64,000 nucleotides of DNA, from NCBI GenBank assembly GCA_950097015.1, contig CATNEN010000001.1, forward strand, positions 27,094,001 to 27,158,000. Direction: 5' to 3'. Numbering within the stretch: position 1 is the first letter of the stretch; each line of letters starts with the position of its first letter. The position numbers and the translations under genes were made by a program. A model generated the notes under the pieces. The model was not told the origin of the DNA. It saw only the letters and a program-made list of their open reading frames with translations, and searched no databases. This DNA comes from Macrostomum hystrix. Its lineage: Eukaryota > Animalia > Platyhelminthes. Of this stretch, positions 36,391-48,904 are shown piece after piece.

Positions 36391-36960
36391 GAGAATTATA
36401 TTTAAATATTGCTGAATGGATCACATTCAGCAGCAGCAGCAGCAGCAGCAGCAGCATGTAGGTGGAGTGAGGGCTGGAGTGAAGGTGGAACAGCTGCAGC
36501 AACAGCAGCAGCAACAGCAGCAGCACCCGTCGGGCTTTACGCTCGGCCCACGGCTTTGCAGTGGCTCCTATCCGGCACCGCGTCTTCGTCGCGGAGGGGA
36601 GGCAACGCCCGGCTCCCACCGGGCGGCTAAGAGTGCCGGGACTCGGTCACCGCTCCTCTCCAGGGGGCGGTGGTTGGGGCTCCACCTGGCGGCGGCCTCG
36701 TGGGTCCTTCTTCCTCTGGGAGGCTGGGCCTCGCGGGGTGGCTGCTGGGTTTGGAGCCTAGTCCGTACACAACAACAACAGCAGCAGCAACAGCTGCAGC
36801 AACAGCAGCAGCAACAGCCCAGCAGCCCCTGGGCGCTGCAGCCCACGACGGTCGACAACCAAAAGATCCAGTGGTGGAAGGTGAAGGGAGGGGCCGGGGC
36901 GGCCACCAACTTTACACCGCCAAGGCCCGGTGCCCTCCCCCACCGGCTAAGAAATAAAAA
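36391..36960 (+). other. Paralogue of the polyQ exon at 5747-6102 with a different central segment
   Basis: Same flanks and C-terminal peptide; unrelated GC-rich insert between the polyQ tracts. Confidence 0.35.
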
Positions 36961-39564
36961 GGTTTGTCTAAGCTACCTATTTGTGATACCTTTATTCCTG
37001 AATTCTTAATCCTTAATCGTTAATTCTTTAAATAAGCGCTAGTAGTAAAATTATACCCGTTTGCAGGTGTAAGTTTTCATTGAGTCTGGTAAAACAATAT
37101 TTACCTTTAGCCATTATAGCACCATTTATTAAAATGCGATTGTCACACTACAATGCTAATGCAATATTACAACGTAGCAAAATGTACTCACATTCAATAT
37201 GATTGTAGCCATAATGTCATATGTCGTGTCTTGCCGTGTTCGTGTTTAACCAGAAAATTGCATGAGCCATCCTCCAAGCTTTATAGCAAGTTTATCTGCA
37301 AATTTAAAGAAGCAGATAGCAACTGCGTACGAAGACAAACCCCTCACTCCACATTCATGCTGTCCAATAACAAGCTGCTAACACACCTCGAAACCTCCCA
37401 CTTCGTCATTTCAGATCGCGCATTTGATTTTGTTGCTTCGAATTTGAATTTGAAGATTTTGGAATACATCTTTGCTTGTTGTCTTCCTTTATTTCACTCA
37501 TATTTATTTATTAGCTTGATGCACAGCCTAAATGTTTAGCTTCTTAGCTTTAGCTTAGCATGATTACCAACATATTTATCGAGCACTCCTTGCTTCGTGT
37601 TCCTGAACTTGCTTTGCTTGCCTGCTTTGCTACAATTCGTAGCAAAAGTACATTTTTTCATTTCTACTAACATTTGTACTAAGCTGCTACTAACATTTAC
37701 ACTCCGACCCTTAAGCTGGCTAACACTTAAAAGATTCGCATGCTTACCATCTGACCTCTGTGTCCCTGTAGCTAAGAGTTTGCTACAATTCGTAGCAAAA
37801 GTTCATTTTTTCATTTCAACTAACATTTATACTAAGCTGCTACTAACATTTACACTCCGACTCTTAAGCTAGCTCACTTAAAAGATTCGCATGCTTCCCA
37901 TCTGATTACAGACAATCGTTATAGACAAAGATAAATATGTAAATTGGTTTTGAAACATTCCATATTTTTTCCAGACGTTCTCCATGAACACCTGACGCCT
38001 GGTACACGGTCAGGCGTGTCAAGAAACGGAAGCTGCGGATGACATTGATATTAGTGTCTATTCTAATTCAATCAGCTACTCAGCGTCGAGTAGCAGTTGG
38101 CCCAGCATCCCGGCGAGCTGTATCTGGCCGAGTTTAGCAGGTTAGATAACGATCAGCGACCTTCACGGACTCATGTCATGTCATTGGAGTTCCACGGCTG
38201 CGCTCGCAACAAGGTTGAATAATCTTTTTGTTTTGTTTGTTGTAGTTTATGAAATAATGTGCAGCAACAATTAGTTTATTTATAGTATTTATAAGTAGCA
38301 TTTATATAGCATTTATAAGTACTTGTAGTTATCTCATACTTTTATAGGAAACAGTCTGTTTTAATTACATGTCTTCAAAATCAAGGTTTAATTACAGATG
38401 ATAAGTCATGCATGGGGAATATGAGAAAACACGAGAAAACAGAACAAAACATATCCGTAAGAAAAAATAGTTTTCGTGAGTGAAGTAACGCAACTGAGAA
38501 TCGGACAATCCGTACTTTAATTCTGAGTCATTGTCTGGATCATGTGATTTCTAGGGTATTGTTGGGTAATGTGCATCCCCGCTTCACTCGTGAAATGAAT
38601 TCTGTTCTAGAATTCCTATCTGTGGTTTTAGATGTCATGTTCAGCCTAGATTCCCCCAAATGTGCCTTATCTAAAAACAAACCTCATAAGCAAACAAGGT
38701 AGATTATTTTCTTCGAGGACCTCTCAACAATTAGCTAGTTCTCAAAAAAAACTCCTCGCAACGAGCGTGTGAATTAAAAAATGACTGCCAACACAGGTGT
38801 ATTTATTCTAGCACAGGTAGTGTTACACTTAAAATAAAAAAGCAAGAAAAACAAAACCCAATTCATATTTAATACTGCAGTACACTGCTAGCTGGACATT
38901 TCAGATCTCATACTTGTTTACATGAGTGAAGTAGCGCAACTGACAATCAGACAATCCGTGATGTAATTCTGAGTCATCGTCTATTTGTCTGGATCATGTG
39001 ATTTCTAGGGCAACGTAGGGATTTCTGAGGTATTAATTAAATTATGGGATTTCTGATGACGAATAGAAAATTTACATGAGCATGTTCAATTTTATTTATT
39101 TAAAGTGATTGCCGCTTTATATATACGGCGTGCATACAACAAAATAAAACATACGTATGAAAAGTACATGGTTGTCGTCGGTGTCCCAATAGATTTGAGC
39201 ACAGTTTATCGGGTCGGATTCAATTGAAAATCAATCTAGAAATGATTTCCTGCACGACTGAGTTGGCTTCATGATTTCAAATGATTTCCACTCGAACTTA
39301 TTAACCTGGAAAGTCACCTAGAAAATTTTATCTTGACTCTGACTATGTCTTGTACTATATGGCTGTCGTCGGTGTCCCAATTGATTTGAGCACAGTTTAT
39401 CGGGTCGGATTCAATTGAAAATCAATCTAGAAATGATTTGCTACACGACTGAGTTGGCTTCATGATTTCAAATGATTTCCACTCGAACTTATTAACCTGG
39501 AAAGTCACCTAGAAAATTTTATCTTAACTCTGACTATGTCAGTACTATATGTCTATAAATATAT

Positions 39565-40550
39565 GCTCACCCTACTGCTCTCCCTCTCACCCTACTGCTC
39601 TCCCTCACACCCTACTGCTCTCCCTCTCACCCTACTGCTCTCCCTCTCACCCTACTGCTCTCCCTCTCACTCTACTGCTCTCCCTCTCACCCTACTGCTC
39701 TCCCTCTCACTCTACTGCTCTGCCTCTCACCCTACTGCTCTCCCTCTGACCCTACTGATCTCCCTCTCACCCTACTAATCTCCCTCTCAACCTACTGCTC
39801 TCCCTCTCACCCTACTGCTCTCCCTCTCACCCTACTGCTCTCCCTCTCACCCTACTGCTCTCCCTCTCACCCTACTGCCTTCCCTCTCACCCTACTGCTC
39901 TCCCTCTCACCCTTCTGCTCTCCCTCTCACCCTACTGATCTCCCTCTCACCCTACTGCTCTCCCTCTCACCCTACTGCTCTCCCTCTCACCCTACTGCTC
40001 TCCCTCTCACCCTACTGATCTCCCTCTCACCCTATTTTTAATTCTTGTCCAGTAAATGCTTTTTAGCAGCTGTATAATTTTCAGCTTTTTTACAGCTACA
40101 AAGATCCCCAGTTGACAATGATCTCTCAGTTGACAATGATCCCCCAGTTGACAATGACACCCCAGTTGACAATCATCCCCCAGTTGACAATCATTCCCCA
40201 GTTGACAATGATCCCCCAGTTGACCATGATCCCTCAGTTGACAATCATCCCCCAGTTGACAATCATTCCCCAGTTGACAATTATCCCCCAGTTGACCATG
40301 ATCCCTCAGTTGACAATCATCCCCCCAGTTGACAATCATCCCCCAGTTGACAATTATCCTCCAGTTGAACATGATCCCCCAGTTGACCAGGATCCTCCAT
40401 TGGATGATGACTACCCATATCGATGATGATCCCCAGTTGACAATGATCCCCTATTCGATGATGATCCCCCAGTTGATGATGATCCCCCAGTTGACAATGA
40501 TCCCCCAGTTGACAATGATCCCCCAGTTGACAATTATCCCCCAGTTGAAA
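39565..40550. repeat. Expanded 20-bp and 18-bp subterminal minisatellites
   Basis: Same units as 9195-9720 at higher copy number. Confidence 0.95.
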
Positions 40551-43500
40551 ATGGTCGATTAATTACTGCGCTCAAAAAATACAACAGAGCCTACTAACAG
40601 TAGATTTTGAGGATATGCCCCGAATTTTATTTACCCCCCACCCCAACCCGCGCCTTTCCACCAGTGGCCCCACTGTACGCCCCACTATACGCCCACCCAC
40701 GTATAGTGGGGAGCGTATGATGAGCGGCGGGAAGGCGCACAGTGGGGCGTACAGAGGGGCGTATAGTAAATGTCCCACCGGGTCATGTCAAAGTCATTCA
40801 AGTCATAGCTTTTTCTGTATAACGAAAAGCCTTTAAAATAGTATAAAACAAGCAGAAGTATTTTTTCATATCGAATACCCCAAAATAGTAATAAACAAGC
40901 ACAAGTTTTTTAACATTTATCTTTCTATGCTTTGCCATACTCATGTTACATTTAATTTGTCTATTTACTATTTATTTACTCGTATTCTATTTATTTATTT
41001 GTTAGTTTTATATTGTATACATTGTACAATGCATTAAATTAATGAAAAAATAATAGTCCTACTATTTTAAGTCTATAGCATATTTAAGGCTTTTAGGTCC
41101 TAGTTAGTTTGATATGAAATATTTGTTTTTGTTTTTTTCTAAAGTTCTATAGAATAATAAATTAAGTATTTTGAATTTAAATTTAATATATATAGCAAAT
41201 ATGTTATGGCAATTAATTAGCTAGCTATAGCAAATATATTATAATAACCTTAAACTTTTTATAATGCAACAACTTAAAAGCTATATTTATGATTTTTCAG
41301 TTCCTACTACTATTACTATCAGATAAAACCGTAAAAGTGCTCTGAAGAAAAATGATGTTCTTTAGTTTGACCATCTACTTGCCTGGTTTCCAAAAAGTGA
41401 ATCCCATAGTGGAACTCTATATATCAATTCTAGCCATCTCAGCCACTTACAAGAATCGGACAAAATTAACTTCAAACCTGGACAACATATCACACTTCGT
41501 GATGCTAATGGTCTTCATGGTGCAATTATTCTAAAACTTGGCACAAATGCATCTGTTCGTATTGCAGAAAGCCAAGTTGAGGATTTGATTGATTCAGGTT
41601 ATAATACTGAAGGAATCTTAAAAGAACTTCAAAAAGATGCAAATGTTGACATTGATGATGCTGACAATGAAAAAGCAGATGAAAATTATTTGCCAAATGA
41701 AGATGAACTGCTTCATCTATCAAAGTCTTCTAGCCTCAACAGGGTTGCTAAACCATCCCAAGAATCAGCTGTATTTTCAAAGGAAAATAAAAAAGAGCAG
41801 CAGCTACAATCATCATATCTGGCAACTCATGAATTTGCTGCAAAGGCAAAGTTGACATTAGCTGCTACTAGCAATAGTCCAAATGTGTTCCAATCTCACA
41901 GTAGTGTGAGTGTAACTCCTAAGTCTCGAGTTTTAGCACCAGGATCTAGAACACCTTTCCAAAAGACTATCACTGTAGCAAATCCAAATGTTTCACCTGC
42001 ATTGCTAGGCTTTCATTCAGCTGCAGCTTCAAGTACACAGGAAGTAGGTTTGTGTAACTCAAGCACTGGTGGTTCTCAACAGACTCAGCAGCGTCACGCA
42101 ACTTTTAAATCTGCTGAGCCAGTTTCTACAACCCAGCTACTCTTAGAAGAAACTCGATTGCAAAATGGCCTAATCAAGAAGATGCTGCAACTTTAAGAAG
42201 AAAACAATAGTCTTCTTAAGCAAGCCTTTCTACCAAATGAAGAAACTAGGAATCGTGAGGACAAGACTGTTATTGCACATGATGGCAGTTCATTTCAGTT
42301 TTCCAAAGTGCCCCAAAGCTTGACCTCATTTGCTAGGGAGTTTGTTCATCGGCGTTTTGGAGAAGAATTTTGCAAATATGTTATAGTTGAGCCAAATGGC
42401 AAGACATTTTACCCTATAGTTAAATTCCTGAATCCATCTATAGAAATAAGTGCTCTTTGGGTGTTCCGGGTTCGGGTTTCGGGTCGCGTTTTAACTCTGG
42501 GTTCGGGGTAAGGTGTTCCGGTCGGGTTAGGGTGTTCAGGACGCATCCCTAATTATACCTTGTATTCAATTGCTACCTTCTGACTACTTTTAATTTAATT
42601 AATAACTAAATATTTCAGGAATTTTCAGCTCATAAACTTCAATGGACAATACTGGACTAGAGTTCCAAGAAGCGATCTCGTCCATGTGTCTGCACGACGA
42701 CCTGGAACTGGAATCCGAGGAAGCCTGACAGTATTACTCACGAACGTGATACTTCTGCATTTGGAGTCACCGATAGCAATATCCCTGACGCGCCTGATCC
42801 CTTCGAAACTTTTTTTGACGAACTGAATGCCGATGAGCTAGATGAGAAAGAAATCCACCCTGTTTCGACTACCAGCTGCGTTGATGATCTGAAAGATTTA
42901 GCTCGAAAAGAGTTTATTGCTGTAGTTGTTGTTTTTCTAATAGTAAACAAAGGCATCCCTGCTGCTACAATGGACGTCATTTTAAAGTCCTTTTTTGCTG
43001 TTAATTTACTTACCGTTTCGCTTTCTATGAAAGTAGTCAAGCGCCTAATGTTTAAGTTGGTAAAAGCGTGTAATTTTTTTCGATTTTCTCATCCTGCTCC
43101 AATTCGGAGTGCCAGCGATCTATATCGGACCACACAAATATTGAAATGTGTTGTGGCTTGCCCGTAACACGATTTGCATACCTAGACGTACATTTCCAAA
43201 TTTCTCTTCTTCTGGCATCCTACTTTCAGGACATGGTAGCCTATAGTTCTAGTACTGCAATGAAATCTGACGTTTTAAGAAGTGTGCCTTTAGATTATGC
43301 TTCTTCGTCACTAATTACTCTCTACTTACACCTATTAACTGATGGTTGTAGTATATTTTCAAATAATCCTAGCTCTTTGTGGCTTGTTCAAGCTCAGGTA
43401 TTAAATTTACCCCCTCAGTTAGGGTTTCAACCAGAGAATATGCTTATGCCCACTGGTAAAGCCGCTAGTGGGCCACTAGAGGTCCGTTAGCGGGATGGCG

Positions 43501-44994
43501 GCATTCTAGCGGGAGAGAAATGTTTAATAAAGAGTACAATTGGATGAGAAATGACAAGAAAATAACATTTGGTACTTCCAATAGAAAATTGGCCTTTCGA
43601 AATAGGAAAGTGCGGATGGTCGGCACATCGTCGGTTAATAGAATTCAGCCGCTATTGACCCACTAAGTAAAATCTATGCAAGAGTCATCAGTTTTCGACA
43701 AGTTTATGTTATAAAAAATTAAAATGTCATTATGATAATTTTCTAAAATGATTGTGATACTTTATTCAACGAAACCGTTACTATCCGTTTGTTCAAACTC
43801 AGATTCGAATAATCTTTTTTGAACAGATTTTTTGCGGGATTACAAAAGTAGCTCTGCTATCTATTCTTATTTACTTTCACTATTTTCACTATCCATATAC
43901 TCTCGATTGTGATTTGAATCATTTAATACATATAAAAGTCATCTAAAAGTATTGGCAAAATAGGCTGCTTGCTTGCTGCTGCTCTTATGGGAGCAGCGTC
44001 ATGTTTATGAAGTCCAACCCTAAAATTAAGCTAGTATATACGAGCGTACATAATTATAATATAGATTCAAGGCTCTATCTTTGCACTGCAGTGCTGATTG
44101 CCATTACATTAGTTACTATATTGTCATTTACTTGGGCTTTATAATTAGACTAAGCTCACTGGAGTTAAATATCCATAGGACTTGTGGTAGGGCCTACTTG
44201 TATATTAAAAATTGATAATACTAGATAGCCTTGACTTCTATACTTCATTTTTGTTGTATCTTGTTTTCTCCCTCAGTAGCTAGCTAGTATATTGTTTCAT
44301 TAGAAAAAGTATTGAAATTGTTAGTTAATAGGGTATTTTAAATACCCTACCCTATTGTTTCAAGATATTTAAGATGCAAGTGCATACTATCTAAGTAAAT
44401 GATCTATAGTATTGGTTAGACCTATTGCAATCTAGAACTCTGTGACTGAGTTTTATAGGCCTATGATTAGTTAGATTAGTCCAAAAGTGGTAGGCCTATT
44501 GCTTATGGCATTAGGATACGATTTATCAAGTCCTAATACAATACTAACAGATGATTTAATATACTTTTGAGTCTCCAAACTAGCACTGTTAATAAAGTTA
44601 ATAATTTGTCTATATCATTCAAAAAAGGAAATCTTGTTTGTTTGCAATCAACTATCTCCTATATTATTCTGAAGACAATAAAAACCTTATGTCTATTGTT
44701 CCATTTTTTGTAACAAGTAGCTAGTTAGCTAAATAAACTAGGCCTATTTAAACTAAAAAAATTATAGGGCCTTAAAAATAATTTAGGGGTTCTGTTCTGC
44801 TATATCAATTATTTCCTATAGCTGTAGCCATAGGGCCTAGCTGTATTCCTCATTTTTCCCATAGCCAAATATATTTGCATGACATATAAATAAACATATC
44901 TACCATGTTTCTAGGAAATTTTTTATAATTTCAAATCAGAGTTATTTCTCTTCATTTTGAAACATATGATTCTTTCCATTTTTTCTTTTAAGCA

Positions 44995-46407
44995 TTGAGG
45001 CTCTATGCAGCTATGCTTGCATTTAATGAAATAAAATGGGTTCTGCTTTATTTTCCAAGTGACAAAAGATCTGACTATGAGCCTTTTACTATCTATCCAA
45101 TTAATGAGACTAACTTCTCTGAAGCTATCTATTCAAAGATTATTAATAATCCTAATGGCAAAACAGTCCTTGAAGTCAATTGGGAGACAGAAAAAGTTAA
45201 TGCCATCTGTGTTCAGCTAGCAAAAGAAGAGGACCATCTACAGTCTACATGTGGCTTCTGTATTAAGGCTAAGAGAAATTGGCATGTGACAATTCAACAG
45301 CTTTTACCAAAACTTCCAAGGTTTGCAACTTCTAGACGTACTGTTCTTCCACCAGAGCATTCCTTTATTGGCTATAGTGGTGACACAACTGAACTTAGTG
45401 AACTTGAATTGGAGGATTGTCAATCACAGAATCTTCCTAGTGGTCAATATAATGCTCATGTTGTAGAAAATGGCAACCATGGTATTCAAGGAATGTTAAG
45501 TGCTAATTTTCAACAAAGGCTACCTTTGCTTGACTTACCTGCTCATCGCCAAGTTTCTAATAGAATGGCTTCTCTCAGCCAAAGTGTATTTGAACAAACT
45601 ATGATGGCAAATTCACCTTCTACGCCAACTATTGCTATGCCAACTGTTGCCACACCAACTGTCACTACACCAACTATTTCAAGAGTGAGTGAACTGCAGT
45701 CACGAATAAGTGAACCAGCTTCTAGTATAGCCAAAACAACACCTACTCATTTAGCTTCAACATCAGCCATTGGTGTGCCATCAACCTCTGCAATTGATGC
45801 CCGTGTTATTAGTGCAGGTTATAAACCATTCTCTGTTGAAGCTAACTACTTTTTGAATGCCATGATTCTTCGACGTCTTGCCATCATTGAATCAATGCTT
45901 CTAAAAGAAGGCCAGAATAAGCTTGCTGAGGGAGAAGATTTTGTTTTGTCACCTGCTTCATCAATCCATGAAGCAAATGATCTTCTCTTAAAGGTAAAAG
46001 ATGAAAGCTTCCTACAAAAGCTTGTTCATGCTCTGTCTCTTCGTGGAGGAAAAACTGTGCGACAAGCAGTAGTAAACATTGTCTCTGGCCTAATGACCAA
46101 TGCCCTTCAAGAATGTTATAACCGAAGTGGTTCTGATGGCAAGCAAGCTTTCGAACCATTTGCTCCAATTGTTGAGAAAGCAATAAAAAAGAAATTTGGT
46201 CATGCTAATGATGATGAGATTCGCCCAGCTATTGCTGCTGCATTAAAAAACTCAAGTGATAGGGATGGAGGTCGAAAGAAGAGAAAAGAACCTGAAACTG
46301 AAGGAGCCATGGCAGTGGAATCTAGGCCAAAGCAACAGAAGCGACGAAGGCGAAGGACTGCTTTTGTAATTCAATCAGATCTAGAAGACTCTTCGAATGG
46401 CCTATAG
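44995..46407 (+). CDS. CMC accessory protein (putative C-terminal DNA-binding domain, DUF4806-like, basic NLS)
   Basis: 470-aa open frame; LSLRGGKTVRQAVVNIVSGLMTNAL..YN...DRDGGRKKR resembles the second ORF of animal EnSpm elements. True start uncertain. Confidence 0.7.
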   Translation: MRLYAAMLAFNEIKWVLLYFPSDKRSDYEPFTIYPINETNFSEAIYSKIINNPNGKTVLEVNWETEKVNAICVQLAKEEDHLQSTCGFCIKAKRNWHVTIQQLLPKLPRFATSRRTVLPPEHSFIGYSGDTTELSELELEDCQSQNLPSGQYNAHVVENGNHGIQGMLSANFQQRLPLLDLPAHRQVSNRMASLSQSVFEQTMMANSPSTPTIAMPTVATPTVTTPTISRVSELQSRISEPASSIAKTTPTHLASTSAIGVPSTSAIDARVISAGYKPFSVEANYFLNAMILRRLAIIESMLLKEGQNKLAEGEDFVLSPASSIHEANDLLLKVKDESFLQKLVHALSLRGGKTVRQAVVNIVSGLMTNALQECYNRSGSDGKQAFEPFAPIVEKAIKKKFGHANDDEIRPAIAAALKNSSDRDGGRKKRKEPETEGAMAVESRPKQQKRRRRRTAFVIQSDLEDSSNGL

Positions 46408-46981
46408 TGTTGTGTTTTGCATCAGAAGCCTTGTGACAAACAATTTTCTTACACTGTTTGTTATGCATGAACTGTTGGATTAATTATTTATATTGTTCCG
46501 TTTTTTGTTGAAAAATGTAAGAACTGTCATTGAAACTAAATAGGTGTAATACTTATATTTATCATTTAAGTATACCTACAACTAATATATTTATTGTAAA
46601 AGTTATTTTGCTGTTGTGTTGTGAACAACTTTATGTTCAGCATTGTTGCAACTATGCATTATATAAATGCAATTTATATAAAATCAATTCAATGCTCTGT
46701 TATGACGAATTGCTTGTCTTTTCTTTTCTTTTCTTCTTTGTAATAATGATTTGTGTTTAACTAAATAATTGCGTGTGTCTATTTTCATCGTTAAACTAGT
46801 AGTGCAGTTTGCGTACTTCTTTTAGCAGTTTGCAGTTCTGAAGTAAAGACAGAAAATAGTTCTTTTTATTTGAATTGGTGCATTCCGTTACTTACATGTC
46901 ATTGGTCTTGTCCTTTTAAGTATCAGAAACAGTCACAATTGCAGGTGTGCTTTAATCCACTAATTCCAGACAACGAGCCAA

Positions 46982-48904
46982 ATGAGCCGTTACCGAGCCA
47001 TAAATCGGCACTTGTTTTCCATGCTTTGGGATTCGTCAGATCAGGAGCCATTGGCACAAGAGCCTGAGGAAGACTCCCATCTTCAATCAATGGATACCAA
47101 ACAACCAATCGTGACTGAGGGACTGAACCACCAAACAACTGATGTCGGTGATTTTGAAGACGAGCTCTCCGGCCTTGAAAACGTGGAATTTGAAGAGGCA
47201 GATTTAGACTACTTCTCACCATCGGACGAGTCTTCAACTCCTGAGGAAGTCGATACAAGCCTGTCTAACCAGATGACCTTCGCTGACGAGCTGCATCTTT
47301 TCTTTGTTTTGTTTAATTTACCAAGGATTGCAAGGCAATACTTGCTTGATTTGTTGCACAGAACGTGCACCTGTCAAAATTTCCCATCAACTGTTTATCT
47401 GTTGCAAAATCTGAAGACCAGGCTTTCACCTAGTATTAAAACAATGTCTAATGGGCAGTATGCCTACCTTAGCATTCGTGACAACCTTGTTTTCTGTGTG
47501 AAAAACAATTTGCTTTGCATTCCCCCCATAGGTGAAGATCTAGTGGTAGATTGCAAATTCAATATCGATGGTTTACCTCTTTACAAGAGTTCTGCTGCTT
47601 CCCTTTGGCCTATTCTTGTTTGTTTTAACAATATCCATCGACCTTTTCCTGTTGCACTGTATTATGGTGCTCAAAAACCCGATGTATCTCTTTTTTTGTC
47701 TGACTTGGTGCGTGAACTTACAGATTTGCGCGAATCATGCATGTATCTTGATGGAATTCGTGTCAAGCTTGGTAGTCTTATATTTGTTTGTGATGCTCCT
47801 GCCAGAGCTTACATCCAGTGTATTGCAGGGCACACAGCAAAGAACGGCTGCGGCTATTGTCGTGCTAAAGGTCGCTACCACACTGATCGCGTTGTTTTTT
47901 CTACGTCTGTTGGCGATTCTCGAGATGATTTTCTTTACATGCAAAAGAAGGAAGACAATCAAATTGCCGCGTCGCCTCTACTTTCCATTGCACGCTTGCG
48001 CTCAGATTTCCCGATTGACGAGCAGCACTGTATTTGTCTTGGCGTTACTAGACGATTGTTCCACTTCTTTTTTTCCCATGTTAAGGGCTTTAAACTGCCC
48101 TGTCGTGTCACTCGCGATGGTCTAAAATCTCTCTCAGACGCAATTTCTAACTATCGTGGTTGTACACCGAGTGAGTTCCAACGCCAAGTCAGGCGAATTG
48201 ACATTAACCTGGCGCATTACAAAGCTGTCGAATATCGAAGTATGCTTTTGTATTTTGGACCCTTTCTTTTTGGAAAATATTTATCTGCTCAATTCTATAA
48301 TCATTTTATTTTGCTACACTTTGCTTATTTTGTATTTTCTTCAAGAAACTGTAGTGACATGTATGCGCAAGCACATAGATGCATGGAGCTGTTTGTCTAT
48401 GATCTTCCAAGACTGTATGACGAACGTTGCGTTTCGTATAACAGTCATTTGCTGCTTCATCTGTACGAATTCGTCCTACAATATGGTCCATTGTCCAAAT
48501 TTTCGGCCTTCCCATTTGAAAATTTTCTTGGACTTTTAAAGCGTCGCATTCGATGTACTCGCGGTATAATGTCTCACTCTCTTAATCAACTAGTTGAACT
48601 GCGTAATATGCACACTGAAAGTAATTCTTCTGCGTTCAGCTTTTCTACTTCGAAGCCAGATAATGTTGCTATTATTGACGGATTTCCTGTTATTATTAAT
48701 GCTGTTCACTCAGATGGCTTGGTAGCTGGATTTAAGTTGGTTTTTCGAAAAGATTTGTATACCACTCCTTACCCATCCAGCACCATAGGAATAGGCTTTT
48801 TTGCTAAGTCCAAGCAGTGTGTTACTGGCTACCCATCAAACAAGGCCATCTGTTTTCCAACATCGTCTGAGTATGTAATCTTCCCCCTTGTCGAGTCGTC
48901 CTGA
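46982..48904 (+). CDS. CACTA/EnSpm-type DDE transposase, 640 aa
   Basis: FNIDGLPLYKSS..LWPIL, FVCDAPARA, GCGYC, DEQHCICLGV, YNSHLLLHL, FSAFPFENFLG. Confidence 0.93.
   Translation: MSRYRAINRHLFSMLWDSSDQEPLAQEPEEDSHLQSMDTKQPIVTEGLNHQTTDVGDFEDELSGLENVEFEEADLDYFSPSDESSTPEEVDTSLSNQMTFADELHLFFVLFNLPRIARQYLLDLLHRTCTCQNFPSTVYLLQNLKTRLSPSIKTMSNGQYAYLSIRDNLVFCVKNNLLCIPPIGEDLVVDCKFNIDGLPLYKSSAASLWPILVCFNNIHRPFPVALYYGAQKPDVSLFLSDLVRELTDLRESCMYLDGIRVKLGSLIFVCDAPARAYIQCIAGHTAKNGCGYCRAKGRYHTDRVVFSTSVGDSRDDFLYMQKKEDNQIAASPLLSIARLRSDFPIDEQHCICLGVTRRLFHFFFSHVKGFKLPCRVTRDGLKSLSDAISNYRGCTPSEFQRQVRRIDINLAHYKAVEYRSMLLYFGPFLFGKYLSAQFYNHFILLHFAYFVFSSRNCSDMYAQAHRCMELFVYDLPRLYDERCVSYNSHLLLHLYEFVLQYGPLSKFSAFPFENFLGLLKRRIRCTRGIMSHSLNQLVELRNMHTESNSSAFSFSTSKPDNVAIIDGFPVIINAVHSDGLVAGFKLVFRKDLYTTPYPSSTIGIGFFAKSKQCVTGYPSNKAICFPTSSEYVIFPLVESS

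Larger units (their letters stand above)
18392..40782. mobile_element. 22.4-kb non-autonomous CACTA/CMC-type (Pack) element carrying HES copy 2
   Basis: TIR CCCGGTGGGACA / TGTCCCACCGGG, 2-bp TSD TC, and ~600 bp of left subterminal sequence that is the reverse complement of right-end blocks. Confidence 0.7.
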
